Positions 60,375 to 64,000 of a DNA stretch of 64,000 nt are shown here, piece after piece. The DNA comes from an uncultured Candidatus Saccharibacteria bacterium (lineage in GTDB: Bacteria > Patescibacteriota > Saccharimonadia > Saccharimonadales > CAZNVG01), in contig CAYYKI010000001.1 of the NCBI GenBank assembly GCA_964440975.1, positions 2,591-66,590 on the forward strand, in the 5' to 3' direction. The translations under genes were made by a program, and so were the position numbers. How positions within the stretch are numbered: the stretch's first letter is position 1; every line of letters begins with the position of its first letter. The notes below the pieces were generated by a model. That model was given only the letters and a program-made list of their open reading frames with translations. It did no database searches and was not told where the DNA came from.

Positions 60375-61124
60375 ATGAAACACAACTCTATTCTAAGTTT
60401 AGCTCACCAAGCCACTCGTGTGGCTGTGCTGCTGTTGGCACTTGCTGCACTGCTAGGGCAAGCTACCCCTGCGCGCGCCCAAAGTCCCGACTCCATCGAC
60501 CGTGATGTCTCGCCCGATTTTGCAGCAACGTGTTATCAGCAGAAAGGCACCTTTAAGTATGACAACCCAGATACTCCCACCGACGAGAATATGACGCTTA
60601 AAAAATATGAAGAGATTAACTGTGCAGATTTGCAGTCAGTTGACGGAGGTAAAGATTACCAAGCAGCAACGGCTTGCTACGAGCTCGTCACAACAAGTGA
60701 AGGTGGTCGCCAAGCAAAAACCGTGCTGGTTGCAAATTGCAACGAAATCCGTTTTTTGCGCGCCCTGGAGCAAAACAATGGCGCCACCGAAGAAGATCCT
60801 GATGGCGGCGGCGGTGGAGGCTCAGAAACCACACCAAAATCACCCCGTAACTTTGGCAACTTGGAGTCAAATGACTTACCCGTGCAGGACCAGCCGTTTT
60901 TTAAGGACTACCTCATCCCCATTGTTAATATTCTTTCGGGTGGTGTTGTAGCGCTGGCAGCGGTCTTTATGGTTGTGGCTGGAGTGCAATATTCGACCGG
61001 TCGCGACAACCCGCAAATGGTTGCTGCGGCTAAGGCGCGTATCGTTAATGTACTGATTGGCTTGCTCGCCTACCTATTCATCTATGGCTTCTTGCAGTGG
61101 ATTATTCCAGGGGGCGCACTGTAA
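60375..61124 (+). CDS. VirB2/TrbC-like pilin with extended N-terminal domain
   Basis: C-terminal TM-GVQYSTGRDNPQMVAAAKARI-TM pattern. Confidence 0.8.
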   Translation: MKHNSILSLAHQATRVAVLLLALAALLGQATPARAQSPDSIDRDVSPDFAATCYQQKGTFKYDNPDTPTDENMTLKKYEEINCADLQSVDGGKDYQAATACYELVTTSEGGRQAKTVLVANCNEIRFLRALEQNNGATEEDPDGGGGGGSETTPKSPRNFGNLESNDLPVQDQPFFKDYLIPIVNILSGGVVALAAVFMVVAGVQYSTGRDNPQMVAAAKARIVNVLIGLLAYLFIYGFLQWIIPGGAL

Positions 61125-61525
61125 TGTTTAGCTATGTAGCAGTGACCGTGAGCCAGTGGGGCTTTCAGCTAGCACAACTTGCCGGAACCTGCGATAAAAA
61201 CCGCACCTTTTTGGGGCTCAAGCCGTGGTATCACTACGCAAACTTTGACGCCAGCTGCGCCTACCTGCCAGCTAATGGCAGCGGGTTTACCGGTGCTGAT
61301 GTTTGGCCGATATTAGCGGTTGTATTCGAAGATTTGTTAGTGATTGCCGCGTATGTGGCGATAGCTTATGTGCTGGTGGGCTCTTTTCAGATGATGACCG
61401 CACAGGGCGAGCCAGATAAGTTCAAGTCTGCACGTGGTACGGTAATCAATGCCCTGATCGGCTTGGTGATTGCAGTAATTGGCGGCCGATTGGTCGGTTT
61501 CCTCTTTAACGGAGTCTTTAAATGA
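61124..61525 (+). CDS. VirB2/TrbC-like pilin
   Basis: GSFQMMTAQGEPDKFKSARGTVINALIGL. Confidence 0.8.
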   Translation: MFSYVAVTVSQWGFQLAQLAGTCDKNRTFLGLKPWYHYANFDASCAYLPANGSGFTGADVWPILAVVFEDLLVIAAYVAIAYVLVGSFQMMTAQGEPDKFKSARGTVINALIGLVIAVIGGRLVGFLFNGVFK

Positions 61526-61824
61526 TTAGTCAGCTATATTTGTTCTTTGGCCAAACGTGCAACAACCCGTATGGCATTGTTATTCCCTGCCGCGATACTT
61601 CAAGCAATCCAATCGAAACAGCCATTAAGCTGGCGATTGCTGTTGCAGCTGGAGTAAGTATCTTATTTGTCACCATCGGCGCCTTTCGGTACGTCATAAG
61701 TGCCGGAGATCCAGGTAATATTTCGAAAGCCAAAAACACCATCATTTATGCGCTCGTTGGACTTGTTGTTTCAGTGACAGTGTATGGACTGGTAACCTTT
61801 GTAATTGATCGGGCGGCTGGATAA
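61522..61824 (+). CDS. VirB2/TrbC-like pilin
   Basis: GAFRYVISAGDPGNISKAKNTIIYALVGL. Confidence 0.85.
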   Translation: MISQLYLFFGQTCNNPYGIVIPCRDTSSNPIETAIKLAIAVAAGVSILFVTIGAFRYVISAGDPGNISKAKNTIIYALVGLVVSVTVYGLVTFVIDRAAG

Positions 61825-61825
61825 T

Positions 61826-62260
61826 ATGAAGCGACGATTAGTACAACTCGCGTTGGCAATTGTAGCTGTACTTTCGATGGCCTCTGTTTCGCCGGTGCAC
61901 GTAGATGCCCTTGACTGTTCAAAAGACCCTGATCGGGGATCGGCTGCCTGTAATCCAGAAAACCAGAACAACCCCTGCGTTAACCCCGAAGTTGCCAAGA
62001 GCGCATTGTGCGAAAGTACGCGCAACAACCAGGATCCTATTAATGGTCCCGACGGCATACTGACCCGCGCGGTTGAATTGATGTCATATTTAGTTGGTAT
62101 CGCCTCTATAGTTGTTGTAATCGTTGGTGCCATTAGGTTCACCACTTCTTCCGGCGACGCCAATGGTATTTCGGCAGCAAAAAAGATGATAGTTTACGCA
62201 TTAATCGGTATTGTAGTTGCTATATTCGCCCAAGCTCTGGTAATTTTGGTATTGAAATGA
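61826..62260 (+). CDS. VirB2/TrbC-like pilin
   Basis: GAIRFTTSSGDANGISAAKKMIVYALIGI. Confidence 0.85.
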   Translation: MKRRLVQLALAIVAVLSMASVSPVHVDALDCSKDPDRGSAACNPENQNNPCVNPEVAKSALCESTRNNQDPINGPDGILTRAVELMSYLVGIASIVVVIVGAIRFTTSSGDANGISAAKKMIVYALIGIVVAIFAQALVILVLK

Positions 62261-62655
62261 TGAAAAAACTCAGTCTACTCGTTCTCCCCATTGCTGCCAT
62301 GTTTAGTTTGTTGGCTGCGCCTGTAATTGCCACAGCGCAATCTAAAACTGCCGCGCAAATCGCCTGCGAATCAGCTGGTGGTAGCTGGAGTGGCAGCGGT
62401 TGTGTAAAAAGCAATCCGGCCGAAAAAGGTGTAGACGACACGGTGCGCGCCGCCGTCAGCATCTTGTCGTACATCGCTGGTGTCGCTTCTATAGTTATGG
62501 TTATCGTTGGTGGAATCAAGTATGTCGTATCAAGCGGTGATTCTAATGCGGTCGGTAGCGCCAAGAATACCATCACCTATGCCTTGGTCGGTTTAGTGAT
62601 CGCTATTATGGCACAAGCTATGGTGCGATTTGTGTTTACGAAGTCAACGAGTTAG
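62257..62655 (+). CDS. VirB2/TrbC-like pilin
   Basis: GGIKYVVSSGDSNAVGSAKNTITYALVGL. Confidence 0.85.
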   Translation: MMKKLSLLVLPIAAMFSLLAAPVIATAQSKTAAQIACESAGGSWSGSGCVKSNPAEKGVDDTVRAAVSILSYIAGVASIVMVIVGGIKYVVSSGDSNAVGSAKNTITYALVGLVIAIMAQAMVRFVFTKSTS

Positions 62656-62722
62656 CCTTGCATAGCTGGGGTCAAACTGCTAGCATACAAAAGATAAGAT
62701 AGTTACTAAACAGGAAAACAAC

Positions 62723-63136
62723 ATGATACAACGCATAAAGTTATTAATCGTTAGCTTGGGTGCTGTTTTTGCCGTAGCGGCACCAGCAGTAGCAGTTTCG
62801 GCGCAGACTGGCGTTACTGAACCAAACGTCGCGTGTGGAATTGAACTTAAGGGTACCAATTGTGGTACAAGTGTTAATCCAGACGAAGGTGAGAACCGCG
62901 TTGTTAACATTATCAAAACTATCATCAACGTTCTCTCGTTGATTGTTGGTGCGATTTGTATCATCATGATTGTCTTCGGCGGCTTTAAGTACATGACATC
63001 AGGTGGTGAGTCGGCCGGTGTGAGTGGTGCAAAGAATACTATTCTGTACGCTGTTGTCGGCTTGGTAGTCGTATTGCTAGCGCAGGCGATTGTCCGCTTT
63101 GTGTTCACCCGAACAACCACCAACCCTACTCCGTAA
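62723..63136 (+). CDS. VirB2/TrbC-like pilin
   Basis: GGFKYMTSGGESAGVSGAKNTILYAVVGL. Confidence 0.85.
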   Translation: MIQRIKLLIVSLGAVFAVAAPAVAVSAQTGVTEPNVACGIELKGTNCGTSVNPDEGENRVVNIIKTIINVLSLIVGAICIIMIVFGGFKYMTSGGESAGVSGAKNTILYAVVGLVVVLLAQAIVRFVFTRTTTNPTP

Positions 63137-63156
63137 GTACCGCACGAACGAAAACT

Positions 63157-63187
63157 ACAGCCGGCCCGCAGCCGGCTGTTTTTATTA
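63157..63187 (+). terminator. Intrinsic terminator
   Basis: ACAGCCGGC-CCGCA-GCCGGCTGT followed by TTTTTATT. Confidence 0.8.
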
Positions 63188-63221
63188 CCCCCGTTGCTAA
63201 CCAGTTGCTACCAGTGGTAAA

Positions 63222-63677
63222 ATGCCAAGTATGAGACACCGCATCAACCTACTGGTCCTAGCTTTATTAACTCCGCTGATTTCCGTTGTCGCTGCCCTAT
63301 CGGTTCAGCCGCAAATGGTATCTGCGCAAGATTCTAGTGTTACTCTGCCCGACAATAGCACCAGCGTGACCCAAGGCCCGGTTGCCTGTGGTATTGAGCT
63401 TACTACCGGTACTAACTGTGCGGTTGATGGCACAAAGGGCGAAAGTAAGGTACTTGGGATCATCAAGCAGGTTATAAATGTTACTTCCCTGCTGGTAGGC
63501 GCTATTTGTGTGATTATGATTATATTTGGTGGCTTTAGGTATATGGTTTCAGGGGGCGACTCTTCTGGAGTATCAAACGCCAAGAACACCATTCTATACG
63601 CCGTTGTTGGTTTGATCATCGTGTTGCTTGCGCAAGCACTGGTTCGCTTCGTGTTCTCGCGTGCGACGGCAGCCTAG
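63222..63677 (+). CDS. VirB2/TrbC-like pilin, close paralogue of 62723-63136
   Basis: VACGIEL and GGFRYMVSGGDSSGVSNAKNTILYAVVGL. Confidence 0.85.
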   Translation: MPSMRHRINLLVLALLTPLISVVAALSVQPQMVSAQDSSVTLPDNSTSVTQGPVACGIELTTGTNCAVDGTKGESKVLGIIKQVINVTSLLVGAICVIMIIFGGFRYMVSGGDSSGVSNAKNTILYAVVGLIIVLLAQALVRFVFSRATAA

Positions 63678-63803
63678 CAAGAGACGATAGCAACATACGA
63701 ACTCATACTGCTTACTTTTGTGGCAGACGGGCGCCATGGGGTGCTAAAAAATGCGCACATAATGCTCTTTAAACGTTTTGTGGAGCTCGGCGGTTGCTAA
63801 TAC

Positions 63804-64000
63804 CTAGAGTACTTGAATCTTTTTGACGGTTTCTTGGACTTTCTTAAAGCCAATAGTGAGGACACCGTCTTTGAGTGTAGCTTCGATTTCGTCTTCTTTA
63901 ACCTGGACGGGTAACGTGATGCTTCGGGAGAATTCACCCCAGTAACATTCCTGAACGTAGTAGTTAACAGCTTCTGGGTCATCGCCACTATTGAGTGTTC
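63804..64000 (-). CDS. Hsp20/alpha-crystallin small heat shock protein, C-terminal part
   Basis: Manual translation: ...YYVQECYWGEFSRSITLPVQVKEDEIEATLKDGVLTIGFKK...KIQVL*. Confidence 0.9.
   Translation of the reverse strand, partial: TLNSGDDPEAVNYYVQECYWGEFSRSITLPVQVKEDEIEATLKDGVLTIGFKKVQETVKKIQVL

Noticed and set aside
63690-63800. Imperfect inverted repeat TAGCAAC...GTTGCTA between the last pilin and hsp20
   Set aside because: Pairing is weak; at most a terminator-like structure between convergent genes.
63797-63988. 63-aa minus-strand ORF from the track
   Set aside because: Wrong frame; the real gene is Hsp20, ending at 63804.

Overview
Chromosomal window around the replication origin of a Patescibacteria (CPR) genome, most likely a Saccharibacterium. 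The assignment is inferred from the truncated LexA, the PrgI/VirB4/VirB6 T4SS-like cluster with a tandem VirB2-like pilin array, and an intron-containing tRNA. From left to right the window holds: (1) an accessory block next to a tRNA-Asn(GUU) that is split at position 35/36 by a group I intron carrying an HNH ORF; (2) a ~31 kb surface-glycan and cell-envelope region; (3) jag-yidC-rnpA-rpmH-oriC-dnaA-dnaN-recF; (4) a T4SS-like locus with peptidoglycan hydrolases and seven pilins; (5) the 3' end of an Hsp20 gene. The most unusual element is a ~1.2 kb minus-strand cassette at 11093-12290. It has a perfect TTGACA-17-TATAAT promoter, a long G-U-rich structured leader, a Shine-Dalgarno site, an orphan ORF with very high, actinobacteria-like GC3, and C(UUCG)G hairpins. 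Its 5' and 3' UTRs are complementary and would enclose the ORF in one folded RNA. One hypothesis is a stabilised mRNA adapted for translation in a high-GC host. All product calls come from motifs read by eye; no database searches were run.
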